Shown: piece by piece, positions 13,100 to 39,400 of the stretch
How the letters are laid out: every line of letters starts with the position of its first letter
Numbering within the stretch: the stretch's first letter is position 1
Made by a program: the position numbers and the translations under genes
NCBI GenBank assembly: GCA_963716255.1
Contig: OY970303.1
Location: 6,752,001-6,816,000 of the forward strand
Direction: 5' to 3'
Length of the DNA: 64,000 bases
Origin: an uncultured Gemmatimonadales bacterium
GTDB lineage: Bacteria; Gemmatimonadota; Gemmatimonadetes; Longimicrobiales; Longimicrobiaceae
The notes under the pieces: model-generated
Databases searched by the model: none
Seen by the model: the letters and a program-made list of their open reading frames with translations, nothing else
What the model was told of the DNA's origin: nothing

Positions 13100-13103
<4 letters not shown>
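1..13103 (+). CDS. Hybrid NRPS/PKS, 5'-truncated by the window: [A C-term]-T-C-A(Ala)-T-KS-AT-T-C-A(X)-T-C-A(Asn)-T plus acidic C-terminal docking tail
   Basis: Frame of ORF 6..13103 is open from the window edge and begins in an A10 motif ([10 protein letters not shown]). It has five GGHSL carrier motifs, three HHxxxD C domains, three YTSGSTGxPKG A domains, KS VQTACSSS and AT GHSLG/HAFH. Stop TGA at 13101-13103. Confidence 0.96.
1750..3220 (+). other. A domain, code DLFNNALTYK: Ala
   Basis: FDLSVFE / LMNTVPS / VNLAGE / DLYGPSEDTTY, matching the known Ala-type code. Confidence 0.8.
3540..6620 (+). other. Minimal PKS module KS-AT-carrier (malonyl type), no KR/DH/ER
   Basis: KS triad C (VQTACSSS, about 4050), H (EAHGSGT) and H (SVGHLD). 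AT GHSLG (5457) and HAFH (5751). LPTYPFER is followed by a short linker and a GGHSLL carrier. Confidence 0.9.
8050..9570 (+). other. A domain, code DVDNMGGVTK: unassigned, possibly a basic amino acid
   Basis: FDVALDE / VANLPPAYW / VMVGGE / NGYGPTETVVT, with an acidic residue at position 239. Confidence 0.45.
11260..12750 (+). other. A domain, code DLTKVGEVGK: Asn
   Basis: FDLTVTS / VVKLTPSHL / VVGGE / NEYGPTEAAVG, the classic Asn code. Confidence 0.85.
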
Positions 13104-27400
<14,297 letters not shown>

Positions 27401-27408
<8 letters not shown>

Positions 27409-30400
27409 CCTGCTTGCCCGGCTGGCGAAGCTTCCCCCGAGAAGCGCTGGCTTCTCGAGCAGCGGCTCCGGGGCGAGGAGCCCTCGCCCGGCGGGATCCG
27501 CCCGCGTCCCCCGGGCGGCGGGCCGCTGCGTCCGTCGTTCGCCCAGGAGCGGCTCTGGCTCATCGACCGGCTGGACCCGGGGCGGGCCGCCTACCACGTG
27601 CACCACGCGCTGCGCATCCGCGGCGGCCTGGACGTGGCGGCGCTGGAGCGGGCCCTCACCGCGATGGTGCGGCGCCACGAGTCGCTGCGCACGCGCTTTC
27701 CCACGGTGGACGGCCAGCCCGTGCAGCGGGTGGAGCCCGCGGGCCCCGTGCGTCTCCCCGTGGTCGACCTCGGCGGGCTGGGGTCGCGCCGGCGCGGGGC
27801 CGAGCTGGAGCGGCTGGCGGCGGAGGAGGCGCGGCGGCCGTTCGACCTGGCGGCCGGTCCGCTGCTCCGCGCCGTCGCGGTCCGGCTGGACGCGGACGAG
27901 GCGGGGGTGCTGTTCACGCTTCACCACATCGTCTCGGACGGGTGGAGCATGGGGATCCTCGTCCGCGAGGTGTCCGCGCTCTACGGCGCGTACTCGCGGG
28001 GGGCGGAGGCGCGGCTCCCGGAGCTGCCGGTGCAGTACGCCGACTACGCCCTCTGGCAGCGCGAGCGGCTCGCGGGCGAGCTGCTGGCCGGGGAGATCGG
28101 CTACTGGCGCGAGCGCCTGGCCGGGGCCCCCGGGCTGCTGGAGCTTCCCACGGACCGGCCCCGGCCCGCCGCGCAGGGCGACGCGGGGGCGTACCACGCC
28201 TTCACGATCGGGAAGGCAACCTCCGCGGCGCTCCAGGCGCTCTCGCGCCGCGAGGGGGCGACGCCGTTCATGACGCTGCTGGCCGCCTGGCAGCTCCTGC
28301 TGGCCCGCTACGGCGGCCAGGACGACGTGCTGGTGGGAACTCCGATCGCCGGGCGGGACCGGCTGGAAACGGAGGGGCTGATCGGCTTCTTCGTCAACAC
28401 GCTGGTGCTGCGCGCGGACCTCGCCGGCGACCTCACCTTCTGCCAGCTGCTCCGGCAGGTGCGCGCGTCCACCCTGGGCGCGTACCGGCACCAGGAGCTG
28501 CCGTTCGAGAAGCTGGTGGAGGAGCTGGGCGTGGAGCGCAGCCTCGCCCACTCGCCGCTGTTCCAGGTGATGTTCGTCCTCCAGAACAACGAGCAGGGCG
28601 AGCTGCGCCTGGGCGGGGCGGGGGTGGAGTCGCTGGCGGCGGGCGGGCCGGCGCCGGTCAAGTTCGACCTGACGCTGAGCCTGTGGGAGGCGGGGGACGA
28701 CATCCGCGGCGGGCTGGAGTACCGGAGCGAGCTGTGGGACGCCGCGACCGCCCGGCGCATGGCGGGGCACTACCTGGCCGTGCTGGAGGCCGCCGTCCGG
28801 GCTCCGGAGGCGCGCCTTCCGGAGCTGGAGCTGCTGGGGGCGACGGAGCGGCGGGTGCTGGAGGAGTGGAGCCGCGGCGACGCCGGGGACCCCGCGGAAA
28901 CCTGCATCCACCTCCTTTTCGAGGCGCGGGCGAGGCGGTCTCCCGACGCCGTGGCGCTGGTCTCCGGGGAGGAATCGCTCGGCTACGCGGATCTCGACGC
29001 CCGCGCCGGCCGGCTCGCGGGCTCGCTCCGGCGGCGGGGCGTGGGACCGGACGCCCGGGTGGGCGTGTGCCTGGAGCGTGGCCTGGACATGGTCGTCGCG
29101 GTCCTGGCGGTGCTCAAGGCCGGCGGCGCCTACGTGCCGCTCGACCCCGCCTACCCCGCGGAGCGGCTGGCGTACATGCTGGCGGACGCGGGCGTGGCGC
29201 TGCTGCTGACGCACGAAAGCGTGCGGGGGCGGCTTCCGGCGGAGCCCGGCGTCGAGGTGCTGAGCGTCGACGCGGAGTCGGCGGAGTCGGCGGGGGAGGG
29301 CACGGCGAGTCCCGGATGCGCGGCGACCCCGCAGAGCCTCGCGTACGTCGTCTACACCTCCGGCTCCACCGGCGCCCCGAAGGGCGTCATGGTCCCGCAC
29401 GGGGCCGCCGCCGGCCGGCTGGTCTCCGCGATGCGGGCGCTGGGGGTGGAGGAGGGGAGCCGCCTGCTGAGCACCGCGTCGCTTTCCTTCGACGCCTCGG
29501 TGCTGGAGATCTTTCTCGCCCTGGTGAGCGGGGCCACGCTGCACCTGGCCGACCGCGACACGGTGCTTTCCCCGGACGCGCTGGGGCGGCTGCTGCGGGA
29601 GCGCGCGGTGGACGTGTGGGTGAGCACCCCCGTGCTCCTGGCCTCGCTCCCGGCGGCGGACTTCCCCGCGCTGCGCGTGGTGAGCGCCGGCGGCGAGCGC
29701 CTCCCGGGCGAGCTGGCGGCCCGCTGGTCCGCGGGGCGGCGCATGTTCAACCTGTACGGGCCCACGGAGGCGACCGTCTTCGCGACGCTCCACGCGTGCG
29801 GGTCCGGATCGGCGCCGCCCCCCATCGGGAGGCCGGCGCCGGGCTTGCGGGCGTACGTGCTGGACGCGCGTGGCGGCCCGGCGCCCATCGGCGTGCCCGG
29901 CGAGCTGCACCTGGGCGGGGCCGGGCTGGCGCGCGGCTACCTGGGGCGCCCCGGGCTGACGGCGGAGCGCTTCGTCCCCGACCCGTTCTCGGGCGAGCCG
30001 GGGGCGCGGCTGTACCGCACGGGCGACCGGGCGCGCTGGCGCGCTTCGGGCGAGCTGGAGTACCTGGGCCGCATCGACCAGCAGGTCAAGGTGCGCGGCG
30101 TCCGCATCGAGCCGGGCGAGATCGAGGCGGCGCTGCGCCTGCACCCCGGCGTGCGCGAGTGCGCGGTGGTGGCGCGCGAGGACGCGCCGGGGGACCGGCG
30201 CCTGGTCGCCTACGTGGCGGGCGACGCGCAGGCGGACGGGCTGCGCGAGCACGCGCGGCGCACGCTGCCGGAGCCCATGGTGCCGGGCGCCTTCGTGGTG
30301 CTGGAGCGGCTGCCCCTGACCCCGGGGGGCAAGCTGGACCGCGCGTCGCTGCCCGCGCCGGAGTACGCGGCCGCGGCGCGCTACGTGGCGCCGCGCACGC

Positions 30401-33400
30401 CCGTGGAGGAGGTGCTGGCCGGCGTCTGGGCGGAGGTCCTGCGCCTGGAGCGGGTGGGCGTCGAGGCGAGCTTCTTCGAGCTGGGCGGCCACTCGCTGCT
30501 GGCGACGCGCGTGGTCTCGCGCCTCCGCGACGTCCTCGGCGTGGAGCTTCCGCTGCGTGCGCTCTTCGAGGCGCCGACGGTGGCCGGGCTGGCCGCGCGC
30601 GTCGAGGCCGCGCGCGCGGCCGGCGTGGAGGCGCAGGCGCCGCCGCTGGTGCCGCTGCCGCGCGACGGCGGGCCGCTGCCGGCGTCGTTCGCGCAGCGGC
30701 GGCTCTGGTTCGTGCAGCAGATGGATCCGCGGAGCTGGGCGTACAACATGGCGTACCCGCTGCGCCTGACGGGCGGGCTGGACGTGGGGGCGCTGCGGCG
30801 GGCGCTGACGGCGGTCGTGGGCCGGCACGAAGCGCTGCGCAGCACGCTGGAAGAGCGCGGCGGCGAGCTCGTGCAGGTGATCCACCCGCCCGCGCCGGCG
30901 CGGCTGCCCACGGTGGAGCTGCGCGGCCTGGCGGCCGACGCGCGGGAGCGGGAGGCGCGGCGGCTGGCGGAGGCGGATGCGCGGCGACCGTTCGACCTGG
31001 CGCGCGGGCCGCTGCTGCGGGCGGCGCTGCTGCGCCTGGACGACGAGGAGGCGGCGGTGCTGTTCACGCTGCACCACGTCGCCGGCGACGGGTGGAGCAT
31101 GGAGGTGCTGGTCCGCGAGGTGTCAGCGCTGTACGCGGCCGGGCAGCGCGGCGAGGCCGCGCACCTCCCCACGCTGCCGGTGCAGTACGCGGACCATGCG
31201 GCGTGGCAGCGGGCGTGGCTCTCGGGCGAGACGCTGGCGGAGCACGTGGGCTGGTGGCGGGCGCAGCTGGACGGAGCGCCCGCGCTGCTGGAGCTGCCGA
31301 CGGACCGGCCCCGGCCCGCCGTGCCGGGCGGCACGGCGGCCTGGCTCCCCGTCCGGGTGGACGCGGAGACCGCGGCGGGGCTGCGGGCGCTGTCGCGGCG
31401 CGAGGGCGCAACGCTGTTCATGACGCTGCTGGCCGCGTGGCAGGCGCTTCTGGGGCGCTGGGCGGGCCAGGACGACGTGGTGGTGGGCACGCCCATCGCC
31501 GGGCGGACGCGCCGGGAGACGGAGGGGCTGATCGGCCTCTTCGTCAACACGCTGGTCCTGCGCGCGGACCTCGGCGGGGATCCCACGTTCGGCGACCTGC
31601 TGCGCCAGGTGCGGGAGCGGACGCTGGGGGCGTACCAGCACCAGGAGCTGCCCTTCGAGAAGCTGGTGGAGGAGCTGGGCGTGGAGAGGAGTCTGGCGCA
31701 CACTCCGCTCTTCCAGGTCATGTTCGCCCTGCAGAACAACGAGCAGGGCGAGCTGCGCCTGGGCGGCACGGGAGTGGAGGCGCTGGACAAGGGCGCATCG
31801 GCGGCGAAGTTCGACCTGGCGCTGAGCCTGGAGGAGGTGGGGGAGGAGATCCAGGGAGGGATGGATTTCCGCGGCGAGCTGTGGGACGCCGCGACGGTCG
31901 AGCGCGTGGCCGACGCCTACGTTCTCCTGCTCCAGGCCGTCGCCGCCGGTTCCGGGCGGCGGATCCTGGACCTCCCGCTGACCACGGACGCCGAGCGCGG
32001 GCGGGTGCTGCACGAGTGGAGCGCGGGCCCCGCTCCCGCTCCCGCCCGCCTCCTGCACCGGCGGTTCGCGGAGCAGGCCGCGCGCGCCCCGGACGCCCCG
32101 GCCGTCGTCCACGGCGGCGCCACGCTCTCCTACGGCGAGCTGGCGGCGCGGGCCGCGGCGCTTGCGGGCGACCTGCGAGCGCGGGGGATCGGGCCGGAGG
32201 CGCGGGTCGGCGTGTGCATGGAGCGCGGCGCCCATGCGGCCGTCGCGCTCCTGGGCGTGCTCCGGGCCGGGGGCGTCTACGTCCCCCTGGACCCGGCGTA
32301 CCCGGCGGACCGCCTGGCCTTCATGCTCGCCGACTCGGGCGCGGCGCTGGTCCTCACCCTGGAGCGGCACCGGGATCGGCTCCCGGAGTTCGCGGGCGAG
32401 GTCGTCGCCCTCGACGCGGGCCCTTCCGCCGCGGCGGCCGACGACCCCGGGAACGGGAGCGTCGCCGCGCCCGACAACCTGGCCTACGTCATCTACACCT
32501 CGGGCTCTACGGGGCGGCCCAAGGGGGTGATGGTCAGCCACGCGGCCGCGGCCAACCTGCTGGCGGAGGCCGTCGAGGCCTTCGGCGCGCGGCCGGAGAG
32601 CCGCGTCCTGCACACGGCGTCGCTGAGCTTCGACGCCTCGCTGCTGGAGATGTTCCTGGCGCTCGCCTCCGGGGCGTCGCTCCACGTGGCCGACCGGGAG
32701 GTCGTGCTCGCGAGCGGGGCGCTGGAGACGCTGCTGCGGGAGCGCGCGATCGACGTGTGGGTGAGCACGCCGCCGCTGCTGGGGTCGCTCCCCCACGCCG
32801 ACTTCCCGGCGCTGCGCTCGGTCAGCACGGGCGGGGAGCGGTGCCCGGGGGCGCTGGCGGCGCGGTGGTCGCGCGGGCGGCGGCTGATGAACATGTACGG
32901 CCCCACGGAAACGACCATCTACACCACCTGGCACGCGTGCCGCGCGGGCGGGAGCGAGGCGCCGCCGATCGGGCGGCCGGTGGCGGGGGCGCGGGCGTTC
33001 GTGCTGGACCCGCGCGGCGAGCCGGTGCCCGCCGGCTTCCCCGGGGAGCTGTACGTCGGCGGGGCGGGGCTGGCGCGCGGCTACCTGGGGCGTCCCGGGC
33101 TGACGGCGGAGCGCTTCGTCCCGGACGCGTTCTCCGCCGGGCCGGGGGCGCGGCTGTACCGCACGGGCGACCGGGCGCGCTGGCGCGCTTCGGGCGAGCT
33201 GGAGTACCTGGGCCGCGTCGACCAGCAGGTCAAGGTGCGCGGCGTCCGCATCGAGCCGGGCGAGATCGAGGCGGCGCTGCGCCTGCACCCCGGCGTGCGC
33301 GAGTGCGCGGTGGTGGCGCGCGAGGACGCGCAGGGGGACCGGCGCCTGGTCGCCTACGTGGCGGGCGACGCGCAGGAGGACGGGCTGCGCGAGCACGCGC

Positions 33401-36400
33401 GCCGCATGCTGCCGGAGCCCATGGTGCCGGGCGCCTTCGTCGTGCTGGAGCGGCTGCCCCTGACCCCGGGGGGCAAGCTGGACCGCGGGGCGCTGCCCGC
33501 GCCGGAGTACGCGGCCGCGGCGCGCTACGTGGCGCCGCGCACGCCCGTGGAGGAGGTGCTGGCCGGCGTCTGGGCGGAGGTCCTGCGCCTGGAGCGAGTG
33601 GGCGTCGAGGACAACTTCTTCGAGCTGGGCGGGCACTCGCTGCTGGCGACGCGGGTGGTCTCGCGGGTGCGCGACGTGCTCGGCGTGGAGCTTCCGCTGC
33701 GGGCGCTGTTCGAGGCGCCGACGGTGGCCGGGCTGGCCGCGCGCGTCGAGGCCGCGCGCGCGGCCGGCGTGGAGGCGCAGGCGCCGCCGCTGGTGCCGCT
33801 GCCGCGCGACGGCGGTCCGCTGCCGGCGTCGTTCGCGCAGCGGCGGCTCTGGTTCGTGCAGCAGATGGATCCGCGGAGCTGGGCGTACAACATGGCGTAC
33901 CCGCTGCGCCTGACGGGCGGGCTGGACGTGGGGGCGCTGCGGCGGGCGCTGACGGCGGTCGTGGGCCGGCACGAAGCGCTGCGCAGCACGCTGGAGGAGC
34001 GCGGCGGCGAGCTCGTGCAGGTGATCCACCCGCCCGCGCCGGCGCGGCTGCCCACGGTGGAGCTGCGCGGCCTGGCGGCCGACGCGCGGGAGCGGGAGGC
34101 GCGGCGGCTGGCGGAGGCGGAGGCACGGCGCCCGTTCGACCTGGCGCGCGGGCCGCTGCTGCGGGCGGCGCTGCTGCGCCTGGGCGACGAGGCGGCGGCG
34201 GTGCTGTTCACGCTGCACCACGTCGCCGGCGACGGGTGGAGCATGGAGGTGCTGGTCCGCGAGGTTTCCGCGCTGTACGCGGCCGGGCAGCGCGGCGAGG
34301 CCGCGCACCTCCCCGCGCTGCCGGTGCAGTACGCGGACCATGCGGCGTGGCAGCGGGCGTGGCTCACGGGCGAGACGCTGGCGGAGCACGTGGGCTGGTG
34401 GCGGGCGCAGCTGGACGGAGCGCCCGCGCTGCTGGAGCTGCCGACGGACCGGCCCCGGCCCGCCGTGCCGGGCGACGCGGCGGCGTACCACGGCTTCACT
34501 CTCGGGAGAGAGATTTCCGCGGCTCTCCGGGCGCTCTCGCGGCGCGATGGCGCGACGCTGTTCATGACGCTGCTGGCGGCCTGGCAGGCGCTGCTGGCCC
34601 GGTACAGCGGACAGGACGACGTCGTGGTGGGCACGCCCATCGCCGGGCGGACGCGCAGGGAGACGGAGGGGCTGATCGGCTTCTTCGTCAACACGCTGGT
34701 CCTGCGCGCGGACCTCGGCGGCGATCCCACCTTCGGCGGCCTGCTGCGCCAGGTGCGGGAGCTGACGCTGGGGGCGTACCAGCACCAGGAGCTTCCCTTC
34801 GAGAAGCTGGTGGAGGAGCTGGGCGTGGAGCGGAGCCTGGGGCACACTCCGCTCTTCCAGGTCATGTTCGCCCTGCAGAACAACGAACAGGGCGAGCTGC
34901 GCCTGGGCGGCACGGGAGTGGAGGCGCTGGGAACGGGCGCGTCGGCGGCGAAGTTCGACCTGACGCTGAACCTCGCGGAGGTGGGGGAGGAGATCCAGGG
35001 AGGCCTGGCGTATCGGAGCGAGCTGTGGGAGGCCGCGACGATCGAGCGCATGGCGGGGCACTACCTCGCCCTGCTGGCGGCCGTGGCGGCGGCGCCGGAG
35101 GCGCGGCTCTCCGGGCTGGAATTGCTGGGCGAGGCGGAGCGGCGCCAGGTGCTGGAGGAGTGGAACCGCACCGGGGCGGAGTACCCGGCCGAGCGCTGCG
35201 CCCACCGTCGCTTCGAAGCCCAGGCGGAGCGCACGCCCGGCGCGGCGGCGGTCCTTTCCGGCGCGGACCGCCTCACCTACGCGGAGCTGAACCGGCGGGC
35301 GGACGGTCTCGCGCACCGCCTGCGCGGTCTGGGCGTCGGCCCCGAGACGCGGGTGGGCCTGTGCCTGGAGCGCGGGGCGGAGATGGTCGCCTGCGTGCTG
35401 GCCGTGCTCAAGGCGGGCGGCGCGTACGTGCCCCTGGACCCGGCGCACCCGCGGGAGCGGCTGGCGTGGATGCTCGCCGATTCCGGCGCGCGCGTCCTCC
35501 TCACGCAGAGCGGGCTCGCCGCGGGGTTCGAGGGCTTCGGCGGCGAGGTGGTCCGGGTCGACGAGACCGCTCCCGCGCCCGCGGCCGACCTCGCACCCGC
35601 GCACGCCGCGACTCCGGAGAACCTGGCCTACGTCCTCTACACCTCGGGTTCCACCGGCCGCCCCAAGGGGGTGCTGGTGCAGCACGGCTCCCTCGCCAAC
35701 CTGCTGGCCGCCACGCGCGAGGCCTTCGGCGTCGAGCCCGGCGACGTGATGCCGGCGCTGGCCAGCTATGCCTTCGACATCTGGCTCTTCGAGACGATGC
35801 TGCCGCTGACCTCCGGGGCCGCCGTGCGCCTGGTGGAGCGGGAGCGGATCCTGGACCCGGATGCGCTGGTGGAGGAGATCTCCGACGCCACGCTGCTGCA
35901 CGCCGTTCCCGCGCTGATGCGGCGGATCGAGCAGGCCGAGCGCGAGCGGCCGCGCCTGGGCCGGCTGCGGCGCGCCTTCGTCGGCGGGGACCGGGTGCCG
36001 GCCGACCTGCTGGCGGAGATGCGCGCCGCCCTCCCCTCCGCGCGGATCAGCGTGCTCTACGGGCCCACGGAGGGGACGATCCTGGCGTCCACGCACGCGG
36101 TGCCGGAGACCGGTGTGGAGGAGGGGCACCCCATCGGGCGGCCGCTGGGCAACGTGCGCCTGTACGTGTGCGACGCGCCGGGCAACCCGCAGCCGGTGGG
36201 CGTGCCGGGCGAGCTGCGGATCGGCGGGGCCGGGGTGGCGCGCGGCTACCTGGGCCGGCCCGGGCGGACGGCCGAAGGCTTCGTCCCCGACGCGTTCTCG
36301 GGCCGGCCGGGCGCCCGCCTGTACCGCAGCGGCGACCGGGTGCGCCGGCTCGCTTCGGGGGAGCTGGAGTTCCTGGGGCGCATGGACCAGCAGGTCAAGG

Positions 36401-39400
36401 TGCGCGGCTTCCGCATCGAGCCCGGCGAGATCGAGGCGCGGCTGCGGGAGCACCCCGGGGTGCGCGAGGCGGCGGTGCTGGCGCGTGAGGACGCCCCCGG
36501 ACAGCCGCGGCTGGTAGCGTACGTGGTGGGCGAGGCCGGCGCGGAGGCGCTGCGCGCGCACCTGGGGCGCAGCCTGCCGGAGCACATGGTGCCGGGCGTC
36601 TTCGTCGCGCTGGAGTGGCTGCCGCTGACGCCCAACGGCAAGCTGGACCGCGGGGCGCTGCCGGCGCCGGAGCGCGGGGCGGAGGCAGAGTACGTGGCGC
36701 CGCGCACGGCGACGGAGGAGGTGCTGGCGGGGATCTGGGCGGAAGTGCTGGGGGTGGAGCGCGTGGGGGCGACGGCGAGCTTCTTCGCGCTCGGCGGGCA
36801 CTCGCTGCTGGCCATGCGGGTGGTTTCCCGGGTCCGCGAGGTGTTCGCGGTGGAGCTGCCGGTGCGCGCGCTGTTCGAGACGCCCGGCGTCGCCGGGCTG
36901 GGGGAGCGCGTGGACGCGCTGCGGCGGGCCGGGCTGCCGCCGCTGCCGCCGCTCGTCCCGGCGGAGCGCCGTGGAGCGCTGCCGCTGTCCTTTGCGCAGG
37001 AGCGGCTCTGGTTCCTGGACCAGCTGGAGCCGGGGAGCGACTTCTACAACGTCCCCATGGCGCTGCGCCTGCGCGGCGCGCTGGACGCCGGGGCGCTGGA
37101 GCGCGCGCTGGGCGAGATCGTGCGCCGCCACGAAGTGCTGCGGACCGCGTTCCCGGAGCGGGACGGCGCTCCGGTCCAGGAGGTCGCCCCGTTCGCCGGC
37201 TTCGCCCTCCCCGTGGAGGACCTGTCGGGGCTCGGCGAGGCCGCGCGCGAGGCGGAGGTGCGCCGCCGCGCCGCGGAGGACGCGGCCCGGCCGTTCGACC
37301 TGGCCGCGGGGCCGCTCCTGCGGCTGGGGCTGCTGCGGCTGGGCGACGCCGAGCACGTGCTGCTGGCGTGCATGCACCACGTCGTCTGCGACGAGTGGAG
37401 CGTGGGCGTGCTCCTGCGCGAGCTGTCCGCGCTCTACGACGCCTTCCGCCGGGGCGAGCCCTCGCCGCTGCCGGAGCTGGGCGCGCAGTACGCCGACTAC
37501 GCCGTGTGGCAGCGCCGGGTGCTCCGGGGCGAGGCGCTGGAGCGGCAGGTGGCGTACTGGCGGGAGCGGCTGGTGGGCGCGCCCGCGCTGCTGGAGCTGC
37601 CCACGGACCGGCCTCGTCCGGCGGCGCAGACCTACCATGGCGCCCGCGAGCACATCGAGCTCCCGCGCGAGCTGCTGGAGCGGCTCGCCGCGCTGGGGCG
37701 CGGCGAGGGCGCGACGCTGTTCATGACGCTGCTGGGCGCGTTCCAGGTGCTTCTTTCCAGGTACGCGGGGACGGACGACGTGGTCGTCGGCAGCCCCATC
37801 GCGGGACGGACCCGCCGCGAGACCGAGGACCTGATCGGCTTCTTCCTCAACACGCTGGTGCTGCGCGCCGACCTGTCGGGCGATCCCACCTTCGGCGAGC
37901 TGCTGCGGCGGGTGCGGGCGGCGACGCTGGGGGCGTACGAGCACCAGGACGTGCCCTTCGAAAGGCTGGTCGAGGAGCTGGCCCCGCAGCGCAACCTCAG
38001 CCACGCCCCGCTGTTCCAGGTGATGTTCGCCCTGCGGGGGGCGGAGGTGCCGGAGGGCGGCCTGCCCGGCGTGGAGATGGAGGCGCTGGGCGCGGAAGGC
38101 GGGACGAGCAAGTTCGACCTGACGCTGAGCATGGCGGCGCACGCGGACGGACTGGCCGCCGGGCTGGAGTACAACACGGACCTGTTCGACCGCGGCACCG
38201 TCCGGCGCATGCTGGACCACCTGGGGCGCGTGCTGGAGCAGGTCGCCGCGCATGCCGACCGGCCCCTCTCGGCGCTGGAGCTGCTGGGCGATGCGGAGCG
38301 GCGCCAGGTGCTGGAGGAGTGGAATCGCACGGAGGCGGAATACCCCGCGGAGCTGTGCGTCCACCAGCTGTTCGAAGCGCAGGCGGAGCGCACGCCGGAG
38401 GCCGTCGCCGTCCGCTCCGCGGACGGAAGCCTCACCTACGGCGAGCTGGACCGCCGGGCCAACCAGCTCGCGCACCACCTGCGCGGGCTGGGCGTCGGTC
38501 CGGACGCGCGGGTGGCGCTGTGCCTGGAGCGCGGTCCGGGGATGATGGCCGCGCTGCTGGGCATCCTCAAGGCGGGCGCGGCCTACGTGCCGCTCGACCC
38601 GGCCTATCCGCCGCGGCGCCTGGCCTTCATGCTGGAGGACTCCGCCGCGCGCGTGCTGCTGACGCAGCAGAGCCTGGCCGCGCGGCTCCCCTCCGGCGGG
38701 GTCCGCGTGGTGCGGCTCGACGCCGACGCCGCGGAGATCGCGCGCGGGAGCGCCGGGTCCCCGCGCGTCCCGGTCCGGCCGGACAACCTGGCCTACGTCA
38801 TCTACACCTCGGGGAGCACCGGCTGGCCCAAGGGCGTGGCGATGCCGCACCGGCCGCTGGTCAACCTGCTCGCCTGGCAGGAGCGCGACTGGCGGAGGCC
38901 GGGCGCCCGGGTGACGCTCCAGTTCGCCACGCTCAGCTTCGACGCCTCCTTCCACGAGGTCTTCTCCTGCTGGAGCGCGGGCGGACGGGTGGTACTGATC
39001 CGGGAGGAGCAGCGCTACGACCCGGCGGCGCTGCTGGAGCTCGTCGAGCGGGAGGGCGTGGAGCGGCTGTTCATGCCGGCCGTGGCGCTCCAGCACCTGG
39101 CGGAGGAGGCCGACCGGCGCGGCGCGGTGCCGTCGCGCCTCAGGGAGGTGCAGACGGCGGGGGAGGCGCTGCGGATCACCGGGCCGATGCGGCGCTGGCT
39201 CGCGGCGCTGGGCGCGCCGCTGCACAACCACTACGGGCCGTCGGAAACGCACGTGGTCACGGCTCGCGCTCTGGCCGGGGATCCCGGGAGCTGGCCGCTG
39301 CTGCCGGACATCGGCGGACCGATCGCGAACACGCGGTGCTACGTGCTGGACGGCGGCCTCCGCCCGGTGCCCGTCGGCATCCCCGGCGAGCTGTTCCTGG

